The position numbers and the translations under genes were made by a program. A DNA stretch of 64,000 nucleotides from Trichinella spiralis (Eukaryota): positions 4,903,081 to 4,967,080 of the forward strand of contig NW_003526943.1 of NCBI RefSeq assembly GCF_000181795.1. The letters run 5' to 3'. The notes under the pieces are model-generated. The model had not been told where the DNA came from. It made no database searches and saw only the letters and a program-made list of their open reading frames with translations. This document shows positions 21,532-44,939 of the stretch, one piece after another. The stretch's first letter is position 1, and the number at the start of each line of letters is the position of its first letter.

Positions 21532-22184
21532 AATGATGATGGTGATGATTAAAAGAAAGTATACGAGTCAGATGAAAGAAAATGACGAGGCCAATGCAGA
21601 GTGGATTCTATTGCCGAAAGATAAAAATTCTATATGTAATAAGTTTTATGCTTTGCAAAGCAGCAGGCAGCTGCCACGCACAGACACACTCGCAAAACAT
21701 TCGCATATCAGGAACGGCTGCTGGGATGCTTACTGCCAACAGAACAAGCTTGACGTTCTGTTCAGCCAATTTTTTCAGTTCAACCTTGGCCGGACTTTTT
21801 TAATTTGAAAAAAAATACAATTCAACAAAAATCGAAAAAAAAAGATTATCAGTCCAAAAGAACCTGCAGATCATTTTCCAGTGGGTCTGTGTGCAAGTGA
21901 ACTCGGTTGACAAAAGCAAAGTTGTCTGACACGTCGAGTGGTCGGTCGGGAACGAAACAAGTTTCAAAAATTGGTCACTCGTTTCTGTAAATTCATTTTT
22001 CTCCACATTTCCATAATACATATCATACGATGTGCACGTTGAATTATTCAATATGCATCTTATACTCTATGTATGTGTGTGTGTTGTTTGTTTATTTTGA
22101 ATTCTACACGCACACACACACATACACGTAGATAAAAGTTGTACTGTTTGCCGGTCACGAGAAAATGAACGAGACCTGGAACAG

Positions 22185-22189
<5 letters not shown>

Positions 22190-22219
<30 letters not shown>
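22190..22219. repeat. (CA)n microsatellite
   Basis: Directly visible. Confidence 0.9.
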
Positions 22220-22221
<2 letters not shown>

Positions 22222-25200
22222 GATCGCAAATGGCCACGTTGACCAGGCATCGGTTATTACTTGATTGACGCACGTCAATCTGTTCAATAATCGACCGAAT
22301 CCATAATTTCGAAATTATTAATTTTCCCTTTCAACGTGTTAAATATCAAATTGTGAAAACAGGGCAAAAAACAAACAAACACTGCCTCTTTCTTGATCTT
22401 CTTAATCTCAATCAACGCATTCCAATGAACCAATTGAAATTTCCACCTGAAGTAAACCCCCAAAATTGGCACAGTTTAAATATACTTTGTGAAGAGTTGA
22501 CTTTAAAATTTGTTTTAAAAAAAATATTTTTGTCCGCATTTTCAAACAATTTTGATTTGAATTTAGAAGAAAAAATAAAGATTCTCATCTCGATCGGACA
22601 AATTTCAATGGAATAAATAAAAAAAGAGGTGACGAGAAAAAAAAACTTGTCAATGATAACCACTCGGACGTACTGTAGAATTATGATAAATAACAAAAAA
22701 GGGAAAAGAGTGAAAAGATCTTCCAGTGACGTGTTGGCAAAATCTGAGGCCGTTCGCTACAGTCAGTCAAGTTGGCATGATTTTTCAGATTATTTATTAT
22801 ATATATAAAAACATGTTTTTTTTCTGAAGGACTATTTGATTTTTGAAGAAAAATAAAAGAACAATTTTTATTTTTCAAAATTTCAATGATCATTCTATTC
22901 GAATAAAGTTGGGAAAAGTTAATCGAACAAAAAATTATTATGAAAATAAAATATTTACCTCCTTTTTTTTCCTCGAAATTCTTGGTATAATTTACAATTT
23001 ATTGATAATGTTTTGTTTTTAATTTTTCAAAATAAAAATGACCAATAAAAAAATATAACTGCCACTGGTGCAATTGTAGCTGTTAGCTGTGACTGTTTTG
23101 GGCGCAGCAGTTGTCGCGCTAGTCGACAGCTAGCACCGAATGCCATTGAAAAGCAAAAACGTAATCGAACATTATTCATCATCATTATTTTCCATCCATT
23201 GTTTGTTTTCAAGTGAAATCATCAAATTTTGTCTGAATCAACTTTTCCACAGCAGAACACGCGCACGCACATGCATACATGCATAATAATTTGTACAAAA
23301 TTATCTCATATTCGTCGATTATTATTCTAAATAAAATTTAGAAAAAAAAGATAATCAAATAACGCATAAAAACAAACAGAACAAAAAAATCTTTTTTTTT
23401 CAAAATATAAAAAATATAGACGGAAAAAAAAGAATAAAAATAGGTGCACTTTTTGCAAATTCTGAAAAGTTATTTTTTTGCACTTGAAAAGTATCGAACT
23501 TAGTAGAGTGGCAAATGCAAAAGTTGTCAACTTCAGCGGCAGGTTGGTACAAAGCCTGCGGCTTTTTCACGTGCTCGATCAAATGGCATTTGTTAGCAAA
23601 AATATGCTCTCATTATTCATCGGATTAATAATAATATATGATAATTGTAATGAAACAATTCTTGATCTTTCCATTCGGACAATTGTTGCCAGAAGAAAAC
23701 AAATTTTTAATTCACCATCAACGAAAAATGCATAATGGAGATTTTTGTTTCAATCTAATTTATTATAAAAAAGATGCACCTTTTTTTTTATAAAAAATAA
23801 CATTAAATTTAAAATCACATATGCATATGTGCTTGTTTGGTTTAAACATTAAACTGAGAGAATAATTTTCATTTGGACGCTATTCAACAACCTTTGGATG
23901 ATGCAAATTACATTGCACTATTTCACTTTTGCTTTAGAGAAAATAATTAATCAAATTTGAATTCAATAATCCGATCGAATGTGCTGTACGAGAAAAGGAA
24001 ATAATTTCAAACTTATATACATATTGTGAAACAACTGCGGAACTGGTACAAACTTGAAAATCATGAAAATGACATCTCGCAGCTGTACTGAGTAATAATC
24101 GATTGATTGCAAGTGAATTTTTTAATGCTTCGAGCAAAATATGCTATTTTAATTATTGAACTGACGAATAACAGCATTTGGTTCTAATCTGTGTTCAATA
24201 TCAACAAATAGTAATAATAATAATTGTTATTTAAAAATAAACTTTCTACAAAATCGTTGCTAACAATATTTGCTTGGATTTTCTTCAATTTTAAGCTCCC
24301 ATTTTCAAAAATACAAAAAATAAATCTTTGATATTTTCAACTATTCAAATGTGCGATTCGTTTTGCAACTTTTTTAAATTATAATGAAACTTTCCAGATA
24401 TTTTAGACAATGAAACAAAATGTTATACATTTTTAAAAAAAAGATGCATATTCAATAATAAAAAGCTTTTATGCAAATAAGGATATCTCAAACAAATGGG
24501 TTCTTTCTTAAATTTCATAAAAAATATGACATCAACATATTTTAAAGTGGCAAGGAAAGAAGAAGTGTTAAATTTTACTTAAACTGTTGACAAAAAAAAT
24601 TTAAACTTGAATCCAATTGAGCCTGGTTTCATGAACACGAAAAATTTCACTTTATCTGTTGGTGTTAAAAGAAGCCAATTATAAATGTAAAGGGAAAACG
24701 TGGACAAATAATTGTTGAACATTAATTATGAAAATCAAATAAAACTTTTGTGTTGCAAAATTGAAAATTTACTGAAACTCAGGTTCATCTTATTCAGAGG
24801 CAATGATGCTTTTCGACAAGGAAAGTTAAGCGCAGCTTCACGCTGTTTGTTAAACTACATGATAACAATATTTGTTAATTTACAAAAAAAAATATGAAAA
24901 GAAATTGCAATTATTCAATATAAATATAATAATTCGATAAGAAAATGGAATGTAAAGCTTCTTCTGCAAATTATATACATAATGCATACATGTGCAGATA
25001 GCAGTTGATTATTACAAATTTATTATAGATGCATAAATTAAAGGAAACTATTTTTTCATATTTGACAAAGTCACAAAGTTACTAACGAATGAAAGATACT
25101 GTAGAGTGAAAATTTTTTGCAATGCAAAATTACAGCATTTGTTCTCATTTAAATGAATAGTTTGCGATAACTTTGTCACTTGCAAAATATGGTGCTAAAT

Positions 25201-28200
25201 TTGCAAAAATGTCAACAAATCCGCATAAATTATTATTTAATAAAAATCTCCCTTATAATTCGCTTATCGTTTTCTTTTTTTTCAAAATTCTACTTTCAAG
25301 TGGATGCATAACAACTATCACAGATCAACGATAAATAACAATGAAGTGTTAAAAAAAATTCAAGTGAAATGAAATTATTTGAAAATATTCAAAAGCAATA
25401 ACTATTTATAATAAAATAATTGAAAAAAAATAAACTACTGAATTTCATGAATCTTCGAGGCTCAGTGTTCAATGAAAAAGTTAAAGATTTGTTAAAATTC
25501 CTTAATTTATGAAAATGTAATAATAACTTTACAAGGTAAGTGATGATATATTTAAAAGTTAAATACAAAAAATCAAATTTAATAAAAACATGACAGTGTA
25601 TTTATAAATCCAATTGAAAACAAGTTTTACCAGTTTATTACATTTATAAATGAAATAGTGATACGAATCCAAATTTTACACGTATAAATTGCAACGTAAA
25701 AAAATACTATCAGCATTGCAGAATTTCTTCTTTCTTGAGCTCATTGAAAAACTTATCAAAAATAGTTTTTTGAATAAAAAATGTCTTACACAAAAGTTGC
25801 AACATTTGAAAATGCAAAATTGAAAGTTGATAAAATGGAAAGCACTTAAAATTCATCTGCATAATATCTAGCAGTTTAAATAATCACAATAAAGTAAGAG
25901 AAAACTAAAATTGCAGTTTATAATTTTTCTTTTTGTAAAACTAAATCATTTATTATGAAACAACTTCGAAATAAAAACATGAATGAAAATAGGTTTTGCA
26001 AAAAAAAATAATAATTACAATTTTAAAATTTGATCTAATATTGATATTTGAAAAAAAATCAGTTAAATTTATAAACATTCAACGGAAAAAAACCTAAAAT
26101 TAAAGAATCTTTTAACTGAACTGAAAATTTAAATATAATTGGATGAAATTTTGACAGCAACATACGATTTCATTGCAACACAACATCACAATACGTTAAT
26201 AATGATAGAATGAAGTGAATACAAATTACCTTCTGGTTGTTTTTTTTATATGCTGATTTGGTGCTTTCAAGTGCAATTAATTGTACTATTCGGTTTTCAT
26301 TTTTGGTCTTTATCGAACGGATCCCGTTGGGCGGGGCACAGTCAGCTCTGATCAGTATTTTCAGCCAATCTGTACATGAAAAGTTCGTGCACACCGACGA
26401 CGGTAAATTTTAGGCCACTCAAACGCAATGTGACAGTTGGAATGATGCGCTCACAGGACCAAACCATGCCCTTATTTATAATATACAGCATGCCTGAATT
26501 ATATGCTGCTGTTCTCTTGACGAAAGTTCCAAATGGAAATGGGTCAGTGGTTTTTGCTTGATAAACGCTCAGCTGATTCCGTCTAGACTGCATTCCATTC
26601 CACCTTGTGCCTGTGAATCCACCACCAAAAATTTGGATGATCTATTCAACTGTTGACCATCTATACATTAACTGTTCATTAATATTAAAATAAATTAATT
26701 TAATTTCTTTTCTTTTTCAATTAGCTCATATTTTTTTATCAAATAATTACATGAAATGCAAATTTACCAATTTGAAATACTTAGCAGTTTATAAATTGGC
26801 AAAAAGAAAAAGATAATTTTCTCTGGATATGATGTGAAATTATAAATTTACATTTGAATTATTTGGAAATAGTGAATTTTAAAATTTTGGAAAAACTTTC
26901 TTTTATCAGTATTACTTTATTATTTTTTAAAGTTATTCAACATTTATTATGAATGAATTTTGTTATCAAGTGTTGAAAATTCTTTCATATCTCAATTAAA
27001 CAAGTCGTCCTAAATTTTTGAAAATTACTGTGTACATTTGCATTTATTTAAATAAACTTAAAATATTATTGAAAAAAAACTTCCTTTTATAAATTAAGTA
27101 CTTGCGCATTAAAATACTGTAATAGAATTGGAATTGTTCCGGTGGAAATTTCATCTTCAAGTTAGCTGGTTTGGGTGAAATTTAGAGCCTTTAATTTTTG
27201 AACCACTAGCCCTTGAAGTGAGTAATTATTTGTGCAAATTGTTCGTCGATTTGTGCTTTTTTGGTAAAATTTTTTTAATATCGCTGAAAGTTGAAATTCT
27301 GTTGGTGATTTATTTTTCAGAACTTAGTTAAAAAATCTAAATCAGCAACTGTACGTATCTAAGAGGGCTTTCGGGACAGTTTATGTTATTTCCCTTTCAG
27401 GCACGTATGCTGCAGCATTGTGAAGCCACATCTTACAAGATTCCTGCCATTTGATACGCTGTAACGCGTAAAAAAGTTGTAACTTGGAAAGTTTACTTTT
27501 TTTTAATATTAAGGCAATTGCTTATGAACGAATCCTCGGTTTATGACCATCCTAAATCACAAAATGTCTTATTGAACATGGTTAAGGAAGTTTTCAGCGT
27601 CACTTTTCTTATGAATATATAAGTAAATAAAACTGTTCAAATACTTGACATATTTTAGTTTAAGGCATTAACTCATTTGGAAGTTTAACCCTGTTGACGC
27701 TTAGATGATCAGTAAATATTTTTAAGTTTATTTTTTAACTTTACAATTAAAAAAACTCATATTGTAGACAAGTTTTTGCTTTCATGTCATTATTGCATTG
27801 CACTGATATTTATTTTCATTTATAAGGAGTGCCGTATAGACCCACTTTTTTAAAGTTTGTTCTATATTAGCAGTTGTAAATCTCCTTCAAACCTTTCGGT
27901 CAGTTTATAATGTATACTTATAATGCTTTTAATGAGAATAAATTAAATTTATGATTTGTTGCGTAATATTTGATTGGAATATGGAAATAAGTTGAAATTA
28001 ATGGTGATTAATTTATTGCCAATTCAATGAAATAAATCGGTGATTGCAGTACAGTTATAGCAAGGGAAAGGCAAAATAGCCAGTTGTTAGCATTAATAAA
28101 ATGAGAATTATTTGAAGAGAATAATTCAAGTTGCTTATTAAAATATTCTCAAAATGTACGCGTGCATAAGCTGAGAGTTGCGATGGAGAAATGTAATTTT

Positions 28201-28336
28201 TTCTTTTTTTTTGTAAAATCTCTTCGGATTGTTGAAAACATTTTTATTATAATATATTAGGATGCTTTGTGTTGAATAATAGTACATTCTGTGTAGTTGA
28301 AGTTATTTTCATTTCAGGTAGCATTGTAGAAAAAAG

Positions 28337-31300
28337 ATGACTTCCAAAGTAAAAAAGCGTGATGCTTTGAATTCATATAGAAAGGAACTCTCGCAGGGGG
28401 CATCTTCTAAAAATGGAAATAAAGCTTACATTTTGAAATCATTGTTGGTTGTTATTCTTGGTAATCTGTTATTATTATTTTGAATTTGTCGAGTTTGATT
28501 TATTAATCCAATTAAAATGTGATAAGTTTTGCAAAATATATTTAACTGCTTTACCTTTTTGCATATATCTATTAGTTGAATAGAAGAACAAGTAATATGA
28601 ATATTGTAAACTTTTTGCTTGGCATTAATATAATATTTTATAAAATAAATAAATACTTTATATGTTTATTATGTATTTGTTATTTTATTTTAGCAGTTTT
28701 ATGTGGCGCAATTCACGGGTGAGATTTGATTTTAATTGTTTCAATTGGACAAAGTTTTAATATTGATAAAGTTTTAGAAAACATGCAGCTGAAATGTTTG
28801 AAAGAAGTACTCATTTTTCGCATTTGGCCGATTTTGAACGAGAAATGCTATTTCGAACTGAAATGGTAATTTCAATAATTGAAGTGCAATTTTCGTGATG
28901 AGAAAATTTTAATTGATTTTTAGGGATTTTATTATTCATTTTACAAATATCTTGTCAATGCAAAATCATTCAAAGAAGGCTTGATTGCTTTGACACGTGA
29001 TAATCAAACTGAATATGGAAGAGAAATAAATGCATTGAAAAGATTTAATTTATATCCAGAGGTTATCTATCTTCTTTCTTAGGATACAATTTATTGGTAA
29101 ATATTTTTTTTAATATTTACAGATTATTATATCCGCCATGTATAGAGTATTCAAGTCGATTACAAAATATTGGAAAATTCCTACTCAAATCTGTTGGCAA
29201 GTGAAAAGAGATGTTCACCTTTCACCTGTAACCAGCTGTGAAGGTATATAATTCATTATACTTTAGAAATGATGTATTTATTTTAATTTAACTTTAATTT
29301 CAAAATTTTAATAAATTGAAAAATTATAATGCAGTTTTCTTTCAGTTTTAGCTTTATTTATTTGATTAATTATGGATGAATTTAAATTTAATTTTACATA
29401 TATATATATTTTCATAATTTATTTACAGGTATAGGAAATCAAATGTTCTTTTACATTTATATGGTCTATTTTTTGGCTGGACTAGTTGGTTCTCTTCTTT
29501 TTCTTTATGGTTTTCTGCTCAGGTGAGATGAATATATTTCACTTGAGAGAATTGTGTAACTGTAGTTAGTTGTTTTTTTTTCTTTTAAATATCAGTATTG
29601 TTTGAATGCGATATTCATTATAATTTTCTATAAAATAATGAAGCACTTTTGCATGTACTTTTTATTCATATATGAATTGTGATTGAATACTTTATAGTGA
29701 TTCTATTTTCGGTGGCCTGTTTACGGTGTTGTGCTTTTTTTATAACCATTCAGAGGTAAGTATATTTGTGCAATATTTATGATGCATTTCAAATGTTTTT
29801 TAATGTAACAACTGATATAGAGCATTATCAATTTAGGCTACTAGAGTGCAGTGGACTCCACCGTTGAGAGAATCATTTGGTTATCCGGCATTTTTGTGCA
29901 TTACATTATTAATTTCGAAAGATTTAAAGTCCATTTTTGTTTTTTTAATAATTCATCATACATTTATTCTTCTAGTCAGTTTCGTTTGTAGATACAAATC
30001 CAGGTTGCATAATTATATTCTGATTTCATTGAGTTCAGTAATGTTTATGCTTGTATGGCAGGTGAGGATGAGAAAAAATTTGTCTTTTGTTTGTATTAAT
30101 TTTTTTCTTTTGCATATTCCATTACAGTTTGCTTCTATCGCGTTAGCTACGGTGGTTGGCAGTCTTGTGACACTGAATATGCTCGGCTTGATTTCCAATA
30201 TCCATCTGAAACAGTTTTTTAAAACTTTTTTTGTACATATTTTACAACAATTTCCAAAAAAAAGATATTTTGTATTGTCATTTTTTTTTGAAATTTAGGT
30301 GAGCATTTTGATAGCCTGTTTTATGCTATTCAAGAATGAAATGTTGCTATCTTCGCTTTTTTTTGCAAGTTTGATTGCCGTAAAAGTGAGAAGAAATGTT
30401 TGCATTATTACTTTTCTTTGATATTTTAATGTTTGCTGTTTTCAGATTATGCTTTATGTTGAACAGTTACTTCTCAAAGGTTGCTTTTTCAAATTGGCAA
30501 ATTTTTCGAAACCGTTCACATTTGCATTTGGTGTTGTTTGTGTGAAATTTTTCATTGGCAAACTTTTACGAACAGAAGACGATGTAGGTGTACAAATTAT
30601 CCCACTACAATAATCTTGTTAATGCGTATGTTTTCAAGGCGCATATTTTTGATCTTCTGCGAGCGAAGATATTCGGTTTGCACACTTTTGATACGTTGTT
30701 GTACACATGTGCGGCAGAGTTTGACTTTTTGCCATTTGAAGTTAGTGGATGATTCATTCATTGCTTTTTGTTTTTTTTTGAAAATTATTATTAATTTTTT
30801 CCTTGAATTTTTCAGTACTTTAAGAAAACTTCAGCAACGTTGCTTTTACCAATGGCATTCGTGATTTGCATATCTGGTGTATACATTTTGGTAAAAGAAA
30901 AATAATTCTACAATAGATAAATAATGAAAAATTGATTGTCAAGTTTGAAAAAACAATATTTTTTGTAGTTTTTCAAACAACTTTTGAAAGAGAACAAAAC
31001 TTCGAAACCGATTAGCAGTAGCACAGCTATGGTTTGTTACAGGCGATGGGGTTGTAATTTTTATTCATTCATTTTTGTTTGAAAGTTTTACTTCAGATTA
31101 TTTTTAACATGATTCAACTGGCTTGCTTTGCTTTAATGGCCGGCATGATTATGCGCTTGAAGTTGTTTCTAACTCCCCAGATGTGCATCATTGTTTCGCT
31201 GTTGTTCAGTGAAAAGGTAAAAAATCTGTAACCAATTAACGTTGGATTAAAAGACGAATGTATTATTTCTGATTTTTTTTTCTTTGACATATTTCAGTTT

Positions 31301-32049
31301 TTGTGCGATATTGTTGGATTTCAAGTAAAGAAAAGATGGTTCTTTGCTGCGTGCATTGCTTTGCTGTCGTGCATGTCCGTGGCGGGTATTCGCAATATCA
31401 ACGAAGAACGGAATATTATTGGTGAATTTGAAAATGCTGATATGGAAAATTTGTTCGATTGGATCAACACCAGAACATTACCAAGTGAGATTTTAATTGT
31501 TGTTTTTTTTGTTTATTCATGTAAAATGAGGGGATTTTTTTTGCAGATGCTGTATTCGCTTGCTCTATCCCTTTGTCAGCCAATTTGAAATTGACCACAG
31601 AACGACCAATTGTTATTCATCCGCATTACGAAGATGCAGAATTGAGGTATCACTCTGTTTCATTGTTGTTGTAGATGCAATTTTTGGGTTCTTTGTTTTC
31701 AAGGAAACGAACAAAGCAAGTGTACGAGATGTACAGTCGCCGATCTCCGGAAAAATTCATAAAAGCCTTACAGAAGTTGCATGTGAATTATTTAATTATC
31801 GAAAATTGGGTCTGTTTGAAAGATTCAAAGTAGGAGAACGAGAATATTTCCCCCCCAAAAAGTGAATTAATATTAAACTGTTTTTCACCAAACAGGGACA
31901 ACTGTAGTCAGACAGATATTTGGGATTATGTGGACGCGAAAAGTAGGGGACAATCGGAATCCATATGTCGCCGGCTTCTTGCGGATGATCAGAAATTTTT
32001 GCCTGTTGTTTATTCTCATGGTGGTTATTTTGTTTTCAAAGTGCAATAA
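28337..32049 (+). CDS. dpy-19: DPY-19 family protein C-mannosyltransferase (multi-exon, polytopic ER membrane protein)
   Basis: Spliced exons give [101 protein letters not shown], and end at GGYFVFKVQ*. These are diagnostic DPY19 motifs. Confidence 0.95.
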
Positions 32050-32909
32050 GCAATTAAATTGTTTGAAATTTAATCAATAATTTCAAACATAACAATCAAC
32101 TAACTACTTTGTGTATTATTTTTATCATTCATTCATTCATTTTACGTACGTACAACAGATAGATATAACAGATATTTTTGTGCATACAATAAACTGTATT
32201 TTTTTAAAAATTTATTGCACATTATAAAGTAAACAAAATAAGAATGAAAAACAACAATCAATTCATTCAAATAAACAGACATACAACAACTTGCAAATAA
32301 TATGATAACAACAGCATACTGGATGAAAAATAAACGGTAAATATTATAAGAGAGAAACAAAAAAAGAAGATAAAAATAGCAGTAATAAAAAGATGAATAA
32401 AAAAATATGTGCAGGCAGGTTATGTAAAACAGCATAAATCGGCAAAGTTGGTCTTTGGCATTGTAGAAGAAATAAGTATTTTTCATATACGAAACATGGC
32501 AAACAGAAAACTGAACACGAGTTTCACAGAATGTCTTGTCATGAATTAGATGAAAATAAAAACAGAACAGAAAACAACAACTGCAGAGAAAAGTGAATGC
32601 TTTAAAGCCAATGGAAGAAGAAAATTAGTCGACGTAATGTATAATAATGTCAGCCGGATAATAAATGATGTGTGAATGAGCATCAGAGAGGCAGCAAACG
32701 GCATGGGCGTTGTCGCCAGTGATGCCGGCAGTGATGGCCATCCACAGCCGGACGATTCGACTGACTGATGTCGAAATTTTAGTTGCTTCTATGCAAATGG
32801 AGGAAGGGAGGGAAAAGTAAATATGCAAAACAACAGTCGGCAAAGTTTGCGGTCGCAACCGCAGCATTTTTTTTTGGTTTCTCAGCTGGTCAGCTTCATC
32901 CTCTCGAGC

Positions 32910-41214
<8,305 letters not shown>

Positions 41215-43626
41215 CGAAAACGTGCTTGAATAAAAAAAGCTGGGCGGCCAAGAGCCAGGACACTCACGGCACAGACGGCAAAGGGCGAAATTATTTCCGC
41301 TAGCGCTTCACATCTACTGGAGATGTGTCTCCTACAATATGTTAGTAAAGTCGAATTCAATAAAACAAAACTGGTCATTATTTCAACACAATGAGAGAAA
41401 AATTCAAAAAAAACTAGCAATCCAGCTACTTGATGAAGAACGGAAAGCGAAATTGCAGTTTTATGCTTTCCATTCGCTCACGGATAAAGATAATATAACA
41501 AATGGTGATCAACACCATCAATTTAAATCGAGAAAAAAGTTCCAATCAACACTAATGACACATTCTGTTGGAGTGTTCGAAAGACGCGATACGTTAAATA
41601 CTTCAGGTGGAGATGAGCACAGAAAAGATGACTGTCAAAGAAATACAAAAAAAATTTGCTCATGAAAAATTTACAATTTTAATATATATGTAATGAGGAC
41701 CTTACTATTCCACAAATACACAGTGATGAATCATTTAAAGACGCGCGAACATAGCAAGCTGATTCGATTGGCCATGCTGAATCAACTCCAATTGGTTTTA
41801 CTGTAGCAATTTTGAAACGCAGGTTGTAATTGACATAATTTCAAATGTGAGCACACCAAAGCAAGCAAAGCGGATGCCAAATTGTTACACTCCAAACATC
41901 AACATTATTTTTGATACATTAAATTAATATAACCAATAATAACATTAACAACTGATATATCAGTAGTTTAAGAAATTTTTTTACAATTGCAAATTATGCA
42001 ACATTATATGTATTTTTACGTTTGATAGGAAGTCATTTTTTTATAGAGATAACTTGTATCAATGCGATGTTACAACTTATGCTTCAAAACAATGATTTTA
42101 AATGAGATTATGAACAAAATAAAAACAGCATTACGTTAAAATGAATAAATAATTTGTTTAATATTTATATGACTATTCTAAAGTATTTCATTTTTATTTC
42201 AGTTTTAATGAAACTGAAATAGAGTAAATGTGAAACTTTTCAACTGCCAACTGGATGACTAAATTTATCTTTGCTAAATTAAAATATTTATCCGAAGCAG
42301 TTGTTATCCAAATGAACTGATAAAAAACAGCTGAAAATGATTACCAACTGTTCGACTAGCAAGCACATCTTTTTGACATATTTTAATTAAGTATCTTGCT
42401 TCTATAAACCCATTCATAATTGTATTTCATTTCAGTGATTTATATTTATAACATATTCGTAATTTCATTATGTAAGCTTTTAATATTAGAATTTTCAAAA
42501 ATATATCAAGCCTAAAATCACATTACAGCACTTTGAAAAAATAGGCATTAAATATATATTTCTATGATATTTCAATTTTTTAGTATTGTCATCAAGAAGT
42601 GCAACAGTTGTCACAAATTCCATTGCAAACAATTAAATCATATCAAATTGCAATTACTTTTCTGTTTAATTTATTCAGCTGCTCATTGCACTATTACATT
42701 TATTTGAATCTGCTTATTTAGATAGACATATTTGACAAGATTACTTTATATAAGCAAAATATCTGAAAACTGGCTGATTCAATTTACACATAAAATTGTG
42801 ATGTATATTTATAAAATAATATTGCATTTTATTTTATAAAAGTTTGTTTTATTAAAGTACAGTATGTAACGTTAAGTAATACATTAACGCTAACATTTGA
42901 AATCATTTTTAATGAATTAATCAGAAAAAACAAGGAATATACAAAGAACTTGAATTATTAATTATTAATTGCTTTATTTAAATTAACGCAAATCATTGTT
43001 TTAATTATAAATGAAAAAGCATTTATTGAAAATGTTTGATGATGAAATTTTGAAGTTAACTTGAAAGCTAAATTTCATCCTGTAAAATTACTCCAACTGT
43101 AAAACAGAGGGAAGATTATTTTTTATCATAATATTACAGATTTTGTTATTTTTATTTAAAAAAGTTGTATAGAGAATTCAGTTTTATAATAATTTAATTT
43201 ATTTTCATATTTGAATTTTTAAATGCATTGTTTTAAAAGAACTTTATTAACTTAAAATAATTTGTGAAAGCAATATCTTATTTATGCACCAGATATTTTA
43301 ATTTTGATATTTAGTTTTACTGATAAGCAGTTGTTTAAGGAAGGTTTAGTTTTTTTTCTGTTTTTAAGATTTATATGAATGCAGAATTCATTGCGGTGAT
43401 TTCCTTTTCTTCTGCATACTCACTGCATTTAATGAAGAAAATATCGAGTGAAAAGTAACATGTCAGTTTATATTATATCAAGTTATAAATTATTTGTTTT
43501 TTGAATAAGACTTTAAGTCTATGAATATTATTATATATTTGTTTTTAGCATTGTTTCAAATTACCAAAATACGGAGATTAGCTTCAGTGGAGACTGTTGC
43601 AGTTTATTACTGGTTGCTACATTAAA

Positions 43627-43932
43627 ATGCCACCAAAGAAGGTAAAAAAAACCGATGAAGTTTCAAGTGATGCCCAAACTAGTGAAAGTTCAGATAAAAT
43701 TATTTCCGGTGAAATTTATACGTGTACTGTTTGCATGACTTCATTGCGAGAGCAAGTCCAAGCAAGGAAACCTATGGTCACCACTTATTGTGGGCACGTG
43801 TTTTGTAAGCAATGCATTGAACGAACTCTTAAGAATGAAATACGCAATTGCCCTGTTTGTCGGGCTAATATTGCTCCAAATAAATATATTTTTATGAAGT
43901 ACAAGCGTAAAAAAGTTCCAATGGAGGAGTAA
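43627..43932 (+). CDS. Small single-exon C3HC4 RING-finger protein (RNF4/Slx8-like RING), 101 aa
   Basis: CTVC...TTYCGHVFCKQC...CPVCR ligand spacing; basic termini (MPPKKVKK, KYKRKK); AATAAA follows the stop. Confidence 0.85.
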   Translation: MPPKKVKKTDEVSSDAQTSESSDKIISGEIYTCTVCMTSLREQVQARKPMVTTYCGHVFCKQCIERTLKNEIRNCPVCRANIAPNKYIFMKYKRKKVPMEE

Positions 43933-44939
43933 ATATTTTTTTCGGTGATATTTTCTTTAGTGCTGTTTTTAGAAATAAAATTGATTTTCCATTGAGTTCT
44001 TGCTACTCAATTTCACGAAGATTTTATCATTGATAAAAAAAATTTGCATCTTTTTCTTGCATTAGTATGTTATTAATGTTTAAGTTAATTAATTGTGTGT
44101 CGAATTTTTCAACAGTTTTCAACATATAATTGTAATTAATTAGCAACCTATTTTTGAAAATTGAGTACAATGTCATGTACAAAATTTAAAATAATTTTGC
44201 TGTTTTTACGTGAAAATCAGCAACGGCTCTTCAACGCATGTGCTATAGTTACCAGGTTCTGGGGAACACATGATAACAAATTGCTCTGAACTGCTTAAAC
44301 AATATCGATGTAACATAAATATTGTACAGCAGTAAATGCAACTGTACATTGTATAGTGTTATTAGAATTGTTATAATATAAAAAGTGAAACATTTTTTAA
44401 TTCGATGATTTAAATGCTTTCTTAAATTAAAAAATGTGCAATAACTATTGAAACATAAACAAAAAGAACACAAAAAAACGCCTTTTAAACTAAAAATACA
44501 ATTCCGTTCGTTCCTCTTAATACTAACTTTTTTGGTATACGGTAAGTTTTTTCAATCTACAGTCTTCTTTAATCCTACAAAATAGATGAAACATTAATAA
44601 AGAAAAAATATTTAAATCGAGTTCTGTTTTAGTAAATAAAAAGCATTTCATTCGTTTGCTGTCTATCAATATTTGCCAAAAAATTATCTGATTATTTTGT
44701 TTTTGATGAATTTTTAAAATAAAAATTTTTTTTTAAAATAAAATTAACAAATAAAATTAATGGTTATAATAATTTTAAAAAATGAAGGTTGTTTTTAGGA
44801 TGTTGTGTAATTTGTACTTGAGTATTATTTATTATCCCATGTCTTTATATATAGTTTTTATGAGTGCATTGATTCTTATTGAAATTTTACAGCATATTTT
44901 TGTTGTTTTGTAATTTTTGTCATTTTTTAAGGTATAGTC

